A stretch of 64,000 bases of DNA, from contig OX597837.1 in the NCBI GenBank assembly GCA_951406725.2, positions 32,984,001-33,048,000 on the forward strand, written 5' to 3'. Shown in pieces: positions 46,037 through 57,962 of the stretch (position 1 is its first letter; each line of letters opens with the position of its first letter). The translations under genes and the position numbers were made by a program. Below the pieces are notes generated by a model. It had not been told where the DNA came from and did no database searches. It saw nothing but the letters and a program-made list of their open reading frames with translations. Source of the stretch: Octopus vulgaris. Lineage: Eukaryota.

Positions 46037-46292
46037 TATATAAATATGTGTGAGTATGTTTGTGTATGAATGAGCATGTGGCTGTGACTATGAACATGGT
46101 ATATGTTTATGTGTACGTGTGTATTAGTGAATGGACAATGTAAAGACAGATGAAATTCTGCCAAGCATTTTGCCCAGCATGCTAACGATTCTGCCAGTTA
46201 GCCTTTATATGTATGTATGTGTGTGTGTGTGTGTGTGTGTGTAAAGAAACTGAGGCAACAAAGGGATAAACAATTATGTTATGAATGCCATT

Positions 46293-46373
46293 AGCTTACA
46301 GCAGTTTCTGCTATAAGATGCAATGCACCCATAGGTGAGGGCTTGTGTATCACCTTATAGCTTCATCAGAGCT
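46293..46373 (-). ncRNA. Minimal type-I hammerhead-ribozyme motif, core intact
   Basis: Minus strand AGCU-CUGAUGA-A-GCUAUAAG...CUUAUAGC-A-GAAAC-UGCU-GUA/AGCU: stem I, 8+ bp stem II, short stem III and a GUA site. Confidence 0.72.
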
Positions 46374-47124
46374 TCAAACATGAAGTGCAATTTATTTGGG
46401 AAAACAATGACATTCATGGTCACATATATATACACAGAAGAGCATTCCCAATGGAAAAGCATGCACGTATGTTCAACTGGTATTGACCCTGAGAGGATGA
46501 AATGTGAAATTGACCTCAGTGGAATTTGAACTCAGATAATGCAAGGACTGACGAAATATCGTTAAGTATTTTGTCCAGTGTGCTAACAATTCTGCCAACT
46601 CACTGCCTTTCTTGCACACAAAAATATTAACAGTTACAATAACAACAATTATGATAACTATCAACAAAAACAACAACAACAACAACAACAAAAATCACCC
46701 TCCCCTCCCTCCCTTCTCCAATATGGACTCACATCCAAATTTAAAACTTTTAACCTTCATCACCTTTTGATAATCACAGTGGTTCATGAGATGAATTAAT
46801 CTGTACAGCTGCCAAAAGTGACAGGTGACATTCCATTCCGGTGATTCTAGTAATTTCTACAATTTGAGAATTTTGGGATATATCAAGGATTCTCGAATAT
46901 TTTGATCAATGAAGGTGCCATGGGAAAAAACTTGAGGAATTTTTTTTTAGCTGAGTCTTTTTTTGTTTTTTTTTTCATATTTGTTTTGTTATTGTGAACT
47001 TTGGTGATAACCAATATCAGCTAATCTCAAAGTTTTAAACTTACCACCTGCTGCAAAATATATAACATGAACATGTATACATGCATATGTAGGTATGAGG
47101 ATGTGTGTGCATATATATATATAC

Positions 47125-47261
<137 letters not shown>

Positions 47262-47523
47262 GGAGTAAACACATAAATGTGAAACAAGGTGGAAAAAGAG
47301 TACTCAAATTCCAGTGGTAGAGTAATATGCTTTATATATATTTGTTGAATTTTCTGCTGCTTAAAATAAAGTATATATATATATATACATATATATAAAT
47401 ACACATATATATATATATACATATATATATATACATATATATATATATGTATATATACATATATATATATATACATATACATATATATATACATATATAT
47501 ATATATATGTATGTACGTATGTA

Positions 47524-47556
<33 letters not shown>

Positions 47557-47912
47557 ATATATATATATCTATATATGTATGTATATATGTATATATATAT
47601 ATATAAAGGTGGAGAGCTGGCGGAATCGTTAGCTCATCAGGTGAAATACTTGGTTATTTCACCTTTTCTTACATTCTGAGTTCAAATTTCGCCAAGGTTG
47701 ACTTTGCCTTTCATCCTTTCTAGGTTGAATAGATAAGTACCAGTTACACACTGGGGTCGATGTAATCAACTTAATCCCTTTTTTTGTCCCCTCTATGTTT
47801 AGCCCCCTGTGAGCAATAACTGTTCTGTTTTTTATTTCATTTGATATATATATATATATATTACACAAACACACACACATATATATGTATACATATATAT
47901 ATATATATATGA

Positions 47913-47960
<48 letters not shown>

Positions 47961-48780
47961 GAGCAAAACTCCCTCCGTCCAATGGACGGTGCTGAGTTGT
48001 CAAACATTTAAACCAAATTTTCTCAAAACAACTTGTCCGACCGTCCCATAGGCCTCCCCTTTGAGAAACACTGATTTAACCTAAATTTGAGACACCAGCA
48101 AAAGAAGAAATAAAGATAGACTTTTTTTCTATTCCAAAGAAAAACGATTTTATTCACACAAATATGCAACTGAAGAATTTAAAGTACCAGTAATGATAAG
48201 GCTGATGACTGGGAGAACACAAACATGGTTTGAACAGTAAGCTTGGCAGGAAAGAAATGTGCCTTTAAGCAGTACAAAAACAACAAAAAATGGAAGGTGC
48301 AGTTATGTACAGGTTTACAAGAAAAGCAGGACAAAAACGGCTTTATCGATCGCATTCTCACCTGGAATCGATTTTTGTAATTTTTTCAAGACTTATACAC
48401 GCCCTGATACAATTGGTATCTACATATCAAATTTGAGCGCAATCGGATGGAGGATACCCGAGATCATAGAAGACACACAGACAGACAGGCAGAACAGATT
48501 TTATATAATAGATATACATATGTGTGTGTGTATGTGTATGTGCGCACGCGCATGTATATAATATATGCAACTATATTCAGTTAACAAGAATTGGAAGTAT
48601 CGAATTTGTTTATCTGAGAGGTATGGGTTTGAGTCCTATGGTTGTCTAGTGACAACTTTTTACTTCTCAGAAGGGTAAAACAGCTAGTGTTTCTGTTGTT
48701 TTCAGAGAGATACAGCATTCAAAATATTACTCTATTGTCTCTTGTCTGTAACATATACATATGAGTGTATATTTATATAT

Positions 48781-48815
<35 letters not shown>

Positions 48816-48867
48816 AGAAATACTAAATTTCTAAATATCTCATAGAGACATGTACGGTGGTGGGGCG

Positions 48868-49089
48868 ATAGAATGGTTGTATACTGTCAATCTAATGTGA
48901 ATGTGACAGTAGGGGATTACACCACCGCTGTTTAGCCCTAGGAAGCATCGACGCCTCCTGATGGCTTTGACACAAGGACACAGGGGAAAATGTGTCAAAG
49001 CCATCAGGAGGCGTCGATGCTTCCTAGGGCTATACAGCGGTGGTGTACCCCCCTACTGTCACGTTCGTGTTAGATTGACAGTATACAAC

Positions 49090-49097
<8 letters not shown>
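48868..49097. mobile_element. Near-perfect 230-bp palindrome in (TA)n
   Basis: ~107-bp arms atagaatggttgtatactgtcaatctaa...gatggctttgacaca and their reverse complement, around a ~16-nt loop. Confidence 0.85.
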
Positions 49098-49149
<52 letters not shown>

Positions 49150-49363
49150 TATATATATATATACATATATTTACCTACATTCTTTTATTCAGCAATATCT
49201 TCCGTTAAATGTAATGTTATTTCTACTTGGAAACATCTTTTCTGTGGCTATACTAACGGAGCTATTTTTAGCACTAGAGCTATCCACATAGTGGTAACTC
49301 TCTAATAATTTATATATACACATATATATATATATATATATTTACCTATATTCTTTTCTTCAG

Positions 49364-49416
49364 CAACAAGAGGTTGTGATGGGGGAATGTGCCAAGCTTG
49401 CTCAAAGAGTTGAAAG
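49364..49416 (+). CDS. insc: Inscuteable exon (53 nt)
   Basis: ttcttttcttcag acceptor, ag|gtgagt donor. QQEVVMGECAKLAQRVE(S) aligns to INSC EKLLMEKCSELSAVTER. Phase 0 in, 2 out. Confidence 0.85.
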
Positions 49417-49959
49417 GTGAGTTTCTTAGCATTCTGTTCTTTAATATTGTCATCACTACTATCACATCCGTATATAAACATTCATATATACATACACTCA
49501 CATACACATACATATAAATACATATATATATGTACATACATATATATATATATATACATATGTACCTATGAAATCCGAGCTTGTTTAAAATTGTCATCAC
49601 TTTGGACTGAAGTTAAAAACCTTCAAAATACTGACAAACACAAGAGCCAATATTTTTGGAGGTCGCTTGTCTGGTAAGTTTTATTAAAAATTTGTTACCA
49701 CTCAGAAGAGGAAATTTTCCTTCTGTCAGTAACATATTGGCACAATTATCCCCCTAGAACAATTGGCTCAAAAGGGCACACACCCCTATATCGACAACTA
49801 CCCCCTAGGACAATTAACTCTCTTTGGTTAATTACCCGCTCTCCAATATATTAAGAAGTTTTAAATCATCATCTGTTGTCTTTGTGGGAAGTTATTGTAC
49901 ATAGGGGGTTATTGTACTGATGAGTCTAGTAATGGTGTTATGATTCCAGTTTCCAAAAA

Positions 49960-50645
49960 TGGTTAAGACAGCAGACAAATTGATGTCAAAGGTGTTCCTC
50001 AATCTGCAACATTATTATTGAATTCGCAATTAGCTGTGTTGGAATGAACATTTGGAGCAATACTATTGACTGGCAGTTTTTACAGATACTTCCAGAAAAT
50101 AGTCAGAAGATATCTGGGGGGACAAGGAAGAAATAGTTCACTATCCTGCAAGATTTTAATCCTTTGGTATTGAATCTGGCCATTTCCAGCCCAAATATTC
50201 TCTACCTGTTTTATGTTCAAACTGACCGGATCCAACTGCTCACACTTACCCTACAATGTCATTCTAAAAATATACAAACACACCACTTAAACCTTGAAGT
50301 TACAAGGTAATGCCTGATTAATTCCAAATGGGGAAAAACAGTCACTACCCTTGGCAAAGAAATATGAACGCCAAAGGGTTCACATTCATTATTACCTTCA
50401 AGCCTACCACCACATTCACAGACATTAGTTAATGAAATAAAGGGTCACCAATAATGCTGCTGCTGCTCCATTATTGAAATCAGCTGTGCCTCTGCAATGG
50501 CACAAGACAAATGATCAAGAACTCTGTGTTGCATGTCATTAAAGCCACTCATTTTACCTGCTGCACCAAAAGAAAGTTTGCAATTATACCCAAAATTCTA
50601 CTCATGCTGACAGGTGTACCCTTTCAATTTAAAGGACTTAAACTT
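49960..50645 (+). pseudogene. Helitron PIF1-helicase relic interrupted by a TTAA MITE (50156-50381)
   Basis: Remnants KVFLNLQH, GSPIMLL, LCNGTR and HVIKAT...IIPKILL...VPFQFKGL resemble the Helitron helicase motifs LCNGTRL / IPRIPL / PFEFKRLQFP. Confidence 0.7.
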
Positions 50646-51356
50646 CTAGAATCCCCAAACTTTGTCATGTTAATATATCATCATCATCATCATCATCATC
50701 ATCATGTAACATCCGTTTTCCCATGCCAGCATGGGTTAGATGACATGACAGGAGCTGGTAAACCTGAGAGCTGCACCAGGCCCCAATTATCTGTTCTGAC
50801 AAGGTTCCTATGCCAGAATGCCCTTCCTAATGCCAACCCCTTCATAGAGTGTACTGGGTGCTTTTTATATGACATCAGCACTGGTGCTTTTTACTAACTA
50901 AGAGTAAATATTGCCAGCTCTGGAGAAGTACTACTTCACTAATCATTAATTGTATGTAGGGCGCTCAAATGAATTATTTTTATTGTAATCAACATGTTAT
51001 ATTTAATTTTACTGTAAGTCCTTCTCTGTCCAGGATGCAAGTTTTAGCCATTTCATATCTTTCTACTTTCGCCATTCCAGTCGCTAAAACTCAACTACAT
51101 GTTTTTCAGTTTTGGGGGTCTCATCTTCACTGTATCTAGCACTCATATCCAATGGTTGGTGTTACCTCTCCACCTAAATTATACAGTTCTGTCTGAGGCA
51201 TGAAACTGCCATAATCCCTTGTGAGACAGCTGATGAGGGTTAACTTTTCTTTTCTTTTCTTTATTACATTTATCATGTGTCTTATCATTTATACCCGTTC
51301 CTTACAGTTATGATTTCAGAGGAACATACCACATTTTCTCACAAGTATATATATAT

Positions 51357-51762
51357 AGGCGCAGGTGTGGCTGTGTGGTAAGTAGCTTGTTCACCAACCA
51401 CATGGTTCCGGGTTCAGTCCCACTGCGTGGCACCTTGGGCAAGTGTCTTCTACTATAGCCCCGGGCCGACCAAAGCCTTGTGAGTGGATTTGGTAGACGG
51501 AAACTGAAAGAAGCCCGTCATATATATGTATATATATGTATGCGTGTCTGTGTTTGTGTGTCTGTGTTTGTCCCCCTAGCATTGCTTGACAGCCGATGCT
51601 GGTGTGTCTATGTCCCCGTCACTTAGCGGTTCGGCAAAAGGGACCGATAGAATAAGTACTGGGCTTACAAAAGAATAAGTCCCGGGGTCGAGTTGCTCGA
51701 TTAAAGGCGGTGCTCCAGCATGGCCGCAGTCAAATGACTAAAACAAGTAAAGGAGTAAAAGT
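51357..51762 (+). mobile_element. SINE family A copy
   Basis: Full-length copy ending ~140 nt upstream of exon 51900. Confidence 0.85.
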
Positions 51763-51899
51763 GTATATATTGTGTGTGTGTGTGTTTATGTTTCTTTCTC
51801 TACTTGACCCCTCTCTTCCAGAATCCTTGTATCACTCTTACTATTGCTACTTAATATTGTTGACCCTTATTTAACCTGATCCTATCCCTTCTATTTCAG

Positions 51900-52014
51900 T
51901 GTGTACATGTCCACCAGAGGTAAAACAGCAAGGGTACCCCTAATCAACCAACTGGTTTACTTGGGCGAGTCATTCAGTCGGTTCGTTGACTTGGCTCTCG
52001 GACTCCTGGTACAG
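51900..52014 (+). CDS. insc: Inscuteable exon (115 nt)
   Basis: ctatttcag acceptor, cag|gtaagt donor. VYMSTRGKTARVPLINQLVYLGESFSRFVDLALGLLVQ aligns to INSC LSMLGQHFGQLLELALTREVQ. Confidence 0.9.
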
Positions 52015-52196
52015 GTAAGTCCTTGTTTCTGGCTGAATTTCAATTTGTCAGTTTCTGGTTACAACAAAGAGGAAGGTTCATAGTTATTTCGAAGGACCCG
52101 TTTTCTTAAACTCAACTTACTACCCACACAAACACACACACACACTCATAAGTATATATGTGTGTATATATGCGTGTGTGTGTATATATATATGTA

Positions 52197-52252
<56 letters not shown>

Positions 52253-52593
52253 TATGTATGTATATATATATATAAAGCGATAAACGTCGCCCTTTTCAAG
52301 CCTAGCCAGGCTCATGGGCCCGGTTTCCCAGTTTCTGTGGCGTGTGTGTTCCGCCCAGCTAGACGGGGCACCAGTCCATCATAATGTTACTCAAGAAACA
52401 GGAACAAAGAGTGAGAGAAAGTTGTGGTGAAAGAGTACAACAGGGGTCACCACCACCTTGCTGCCGGAGCTTTGTGGAGCTTTTAGGGTGTTTTCACTCA
52501 ATAAACACACACAACGCCTGATCTGGGAATCGAAACTGTGATCCTTCGACCATGATTCTGCTGCCCTAACCACTGGGCGATTGCGCCTCCATA

Positions 52594-52669
<76 letters not shown>

Positions 52670-52686
52670 ATATATATATATATATG

Positions 52687-52728
<42 letters not shown>

Positions 52729-52930
52729 TCTGCTTGCTTAGCCAGCAGGGTGGCGTCATTTGAAGGCTAAAACAATGCGAAGCACATTGTGACCAGTGAT
52801 GTGTAGCAACATATGATAGCCTGGTCGGTCACGGTGATCATGGTGATATACACACATATATATATAGGCTAAGTAAAACTGTTGTTGCCCTTGCATACAG
52901 GCTCGTCCCTTGCAACCCTCTCCAGCTGAG

Positions 52931-52963
<33 letters not shown>

Positions 52964-53154
52964 ACACACATATTAATTGATTGTATATATCTTTGTGGAT
53001 GTTTATGCCTATCTTTGAATATACGTATATCTGTCTATGTCTATCTTTACTTTAGTAGCCATTTCCACTCTCTTTCACCTCTTCTCTCCTTCCTCTTCTC
53101 TCTCTCTCTCTCTCTCTCTCACTCACTCTCTCTCTGTCTATTTATTTTCCACAG

Positions 53155-53268
53155 ACTATAGTATTTGGTCTAGAACTGACCGCTGATGTCCGAAACCTGT
53201 TGCTGGCCATTAGTGATGTCATCAGTCTTGGAATGGAGGGAGATCACATGTGTTACATCCTTGTACGG
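53155..53268 (+). CDS. insc: Inscuteable exon (114 nt)
   Basis: ttttccacag acceptor, cgg|gtaagt donor. TIVFGLELTADVRNLLLAISDVISLGMEGDHMCYILVR aligns to INSC GNLFSLTQEGAPLCRIIAK. Confidence 0.9.
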
Positions 53269-54948
53269 GTAAGTCTGATTCTCTGACTGAACAAGTCCCC
53301 ACCACAACCATCACCACTACCATCACCATCACCACAACCATCACCATCACCACCACCACAATCGCCACCACTGCTACCACTTGCATCTTACCCCCCCCTC
53401 TCTCTCTCTCTTTTAACTCACTTTTTACTCCTGGGATGGTCATAGCTGGAATGCTTTTTGACTATTCTTTATCAGAGCTGATCTGATGTTAAACAACAAG
53501 AAGATCCAGTTTTGCTGACCCCTTCCATGGCCCTTTTTTACTTAAAACAGACAAAAATCATGTTTCAACCCCTAGTTGTCACTTGTAAGCTAGAGGGGCC
53601 TGGTAGCATACACCACACTTTCACAATTCATTTTAGGTGCCTGTATTGCACAGACCCTAATCCATTTAGGTTTCTCTAACCCTTGATCCCGTATGGTATC
53701 CAATTTGTGACACCTGGAGTGAGGGTGAGGGCCGCACCAGCGGTGGGTTGGCAATCATTTACAACTAGGTAAACTAGAGCAATGGGAAATGAAGTACATT
53801 GATCAAGGACACATGCACTGTCCAGTCCAGGAATTGAACCTTCAACCTTATGTTCATGAGCTTGAGACCCTAACCATTTAACCCAGAAGATTTTCAAACC
53901 AAAACAGGAATCTTGACGGGGTGTAGATCAGTTTGATAATTGTTACTTACTGATAGTCGTACTTATTAATTTCCATGTTAGTTCTGGTTCCAGCCAGGAC
54001 CATCTCTCATTAGCTCCACTGCTGTTGTTTAACCTTAGGTCAGGCCTGATCCAACAGATGTGTCATCAAAACTGCTCCAGCTATAACCGTCCTCTCGTAT
54101 TCAGACATAGTCCATCTACTACCACATTACCCAGTGTCCTTCACTTTCTAAGGCAGTAGTATATGATTTGAGAGAGATTTGGCTGTTATTTTTAGCAAGT
54201 CAGTTGACCACATAGTGACTCTCACTGACTTTGCTGTTGCTGTTGAAGTTGTTGTTGTTGCTGTTTAACCCCAGGTCAGGCCTGATCCAACAGATATATC
54301 ATCAAAGATGTTCTAGCCATGACCATCTTCTCTTTTAGTCAAACATAGCCCACCTTGGACTACATTACTTAAGATGCTTCACTTTTTGAGATAGTAGTGT
54401 GACTTGAGGCAGATTTGGCTGCTATTTCTTGCTGATCAGTTGCCCACATAATGACTCCTTCATTGACTGTGTTGTTGTTGTTGTTGTTGTTGTTGTTCTT
54501 CTTCTTCTTCTTCTTCTTCTTCTTCTTCTTCTTCTTCTTCTTCTTCTTCTTCTCCTTCTTCTTCTCCTTCTTCTCCTTCTTCTTCTTCTTCTTCTTCATC
54601 TTCTTCTCCTCCTCCTCCTCCTTCTTCTTCTTCTTCTTCTTCTCCTCCTCCTCCTTCTTCTTGGCCTTAGTCCAACAGATTCATCATCAAAGACGTTCTT
54701 GTTGTGACCACTGCATCTTTTATTCAGACACAGTCTATCTAGGACTACACTGTCCAGTGCGTCCTTCATTTTTTTGTTTTCTATTATTAAATACTAAGAT
54801 GGGATTGTGGAGCTGCTATTTCTAGACAGTCAAGTGACTTTATAGAGGCTTCCATATTGGTGAATCATTCTCCGAACCATAATGAAATTACCTGTGTGTG
54901 ATTGTGTGTTTGTCAGACAGGTAACATATCTCCGTTTTATCGTTGCAG

Positions 54949-55074
54949 GAAGGTGTGATGCAGTCCTTATTTAACATCTGTAACATGGAAACATTACTAA
55001 AAGTACGAGCCCAGGCATTGAGAGCCATTTCTACCATATGTTGTATTCCAGAAAGTATACAAGAACTGGAAAAG
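54949..55074 (+). CDS. insc: Inscuteable exon (126 nt)
   Basis: cgttgcag acceptor, aag|gtaaca donor. EGVMQSLFNICNMETLLKVRAQALRAISTICCIPESIQELEK aligns to INSC EGGVVALFKVC...QALRTLASICCVEEGVHQLEK. Confidence 0.93.
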
Positions 55075-55600
55075 GTAACAGATGCCATCCAAACATTTAT
55101 TTTTAACAACTGTCGCTAGTTTACCATTCTGTGGATTTGGTTAAAAAGAGACGATGAGCGATGGTTAGAAGGATATTGAGTTTAACTTCATAACCAGCTG
55201 ATCTAGCAAGCGGGGCCTCATATCAGTGAGGGGGGCCGGTGCGCATTGATGCCGTTGAGAGGTAGGCCCCGAAACAGCGCGCATTCTCTCCTGATGACCC
55301 CATACACTTGCTGGCTTCCGATATACGGAGCTTTTGACTGGTAGCACTTGCATGTGCAAGTTGTTTGCAAGATATACAGACAACATCCATTCTGGTTGTG
55401 TAAAGCACTTATTGCAATGCCACATAAAAGCACCCATGTGACATCACATAACTGTGATGCCCATGCAGTGTCACATAAAAGTGCCCATGAAGTGCCATGC
55501 CTTCCCATGCTGTCATACCGTCCAACCCATGCCAGCATGGATAACGCACGTTTAATAATGGTGACTTTAAAAACTGCTTTGATTTGACTATTACTAACTA

Positions 55601-55760
55601 CATTATTTACATTATTTACATATGACGGATATTTGTCCTCATTTTGTTTGTTGTTAACACAACGTCTTGGCTGATATACCCTCCAGCCTTCATCAGGTGT
55701 CTTGGGGGTAATTTCGAACCTCGGTTCTCAATCCTAAGGTATTTTTCACTATTATTATTA

Positions 55761-55795
<35 letters not shown>

Positions 55796-55841
55796 ATTCA
55801 GGTCACTGCCTGGAATTGAATCGGAATCTTGGGGTTAGTGA

Positions 55842-55872
<31 letters not shown>

Positions 55873-55875
55873 TAT

Positions 55876-55913
<38 letters not shown>

Positions 55914-56109
55914 CAACAACAACAACAACAACATTGAAAACTAGCTTAGGAATGAGAACTCAGGTTTGGAATTTCCCCAAGACACCTGATGAAGGCTGGA
56001 GAGTTATATCAACTGAAACGTGTTAACAACAAACAAGATGAAGACAAACATCTGTCAAATGTAAATAATGTAAATAATGTACATAATTCATCTCTTAAAT
56101 ATAGAATTG
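55601..56109. mobile_element. TSD-flanked palindromic retroposon with two hammerhead motifs and a tRNA-like centre
   Basis: Inverted arms over 55599-56081, a one-sided 28-nt tail, and direct repeat tattactaacta at 55589-55600 and 56110-56121. Hammerhead motifs at 55656-55701(-) and 55981-56024(+). Confidence 0.8.
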
Positions 56110-56149
56110 TATTACTAACTATTATTATTTAACCAATACTATCTATTAT

Positions 56150-56352
56150 TTGCAGCATGGAAGGTGTTTGTAAGCCATTTAAGAAACACACAAAAGCCGT
56201 TCGATTCACTTCAACATTTAAGTTTAATTTGTCAAAATATTTTCGTCTCTATAAGACCGCGACCTGTTCACTGACAAAAATCCGTGCTGCAATTGTTTTC
56301 GTTCCAGCACACGATCTCAGATCAAATCACTTGCTATGCAAGTACATCTCCA
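56150..56352. mobile_element. Inverted-repeat element with a GUGAACA (G3-C8) hammerhead-like motif
   Basis: Minus 56229-56277 reads UUGUCA-GUGAACA-G-GUCGC...GAGAC-GAAAAUAUUU-UGACAA. Confidence 0.65.
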
Positions 56353-56416
56353 TAATATCTATTATTTATTCCTTTACTTAAGATAATGGGCAGCCAAAAC
56401 AATAGGGTATCAGATT

Positions 56417-57330
56417 TAACCCCTTTTGTTGCTGTATGTCTTTTAACCCTTAAGCATTTAAGCCAGTTGTATCCAGCCGAAATATTCTACCTGGTTTACG
56501 TTCAAAGAGGGTAGATCTGGTACCTCACATCCACCCTACAATATCATTGTAAAAACTAACTGTTGCTTCACTGAAATCCGAAAGCTGTAAGACAATGCAT
56601 GGTTAATTCTGGAAATGGGAATAAATGAGGATTACCTTCAACAGAATAAGCTGAATGGTGAATGGTTAAAAAAGATCCACTGCCTTTTGTTTCAAGGAAT
56701 TTTGAAAATAACAAAGGATTTGGTAAAATAATTTTGTTATTGTTAAGCTGGTGTTTGGAACATCAATTAACATGGAATTTCGATGGAAGATGACTTTAAT
56801 CCTTTTGTTACCATATTCTGTTGAAATACACATTGGTTTTGTTTCAATTAATTTTGGAAATAATGTAGAATTTACTAAAATAACTTTATTGTTATTAAGC
56901 TGGTGTTTGGAACACCAATTAACATGGAATTTTGATGGAAGATTCTAATTTAGATCACTTTAACCCTTTTGTTACCATATTCTGTTGAAATACTTTGTTT
57001 CAATTAATTTTGGAAATAATGTAGAATTTACTAAAATAACTTTATTGTTATTAAGCTGGTGTTTGGAACACCAATTAACATGGAATTTTGAAGGAAGATT
57101 CTAATTTAGAACACTTTAACCCTTTTGTTACCATATTCTGTTGAAATACTTTGTTTCAATTAATTTTGGAAATAATGTAGAATTTACTAAAATAAATTAT
57201 CGTTATTAAGCTAGGACATAAATTAACATGAAATTTAGATGAAAGGTTTTTATTTGAATCACGTCAAGAGAAGAAGCTTGTATCCTAATGCAAGGGTTTG
57301 TCTCAGATGGGTTGGTGTTTGAAGGATTAA
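56417..57330. mobile_element. MITE P2 tandem array (~155-bp units) with MITE P1 nested at 56443-56669
   Basis: Units restart at ...tttaa|cccttttgttaccatattctgttgaaata about 4 times; P1 is bounded by ttaa. Confidence 0.75.
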
Positions 57331-57384
57331 ATTAAACTCAAAAACAACTTAATGGTCTTTTTTTCTTTTCTGATATATTTGCAG

Positions 57385-57556
57385 GTAGGTGGCCTGGAAT
57401 GTTTGACAGACATTTTATCAGACAAAGCCCAGGGTGAAGAGGTGCGAGGAGAGGCTGCGGGAGTAGTTGCTCAAGCCACGTCACCTGCCCACGAACATCA
57501 CTTACCTATGGTTGGACTCATCGACAACATGAACGACTTACTGAAGACCTTAATAG
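57385..57556 (+). CDS. insc: Inscuteable exon (172 nt)
   Basis: tttgcag acceptor, g|gtgaga donor. VGGLECLTDILSDKAQGEEVRGEAAGVVAQATSP aligns to INSC VDGVLCLADILTD...RAEAAAVVAQVTSP. Confidence 0.93.
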
Positions 57557-57603
57557 GTGAGAAACACTTGTTAATTTGAACTAATTAATTAGTAAGTTAT
57601 TTG

Positions 57604-57962
57604 GATGGAAGCACTCCGTCGGTTACGACGGAACAACCTGCTTGTGAAATTAACGTGTAAGTGGCTGAGCACTCCACAGACACGTGCACCCTTAACGTAG
57701 TTCTCGGGGATATTCAGCATGACACAGAGAGTGACAAGGCCGGTCCCTTTGAAATACAGGTACAACAGAAACAGGAAGTAAGAGTGAGAGAAAGTTGTGG
57801 TGAAAGAGTACAGCAGGGATCACCACCATCCCCTGCCGGAGCCTCGTGGAGCTTTTAGGTGTTTTCGCTCAATAAACACTCACAACGCCCGGTCTGGGAA
57901 TCGAAACGGCGATCCTATGACCGCGAGTCCGCTGCCCTAACCACTGGGCCATTGTGCCTCCA
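57604..57962 (-). mobile_element. SINE family C copy with TSD
   Basis: Flanked by agtaagttattt direct repeats (~57591 and ~57964). Confidence 0.85.
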
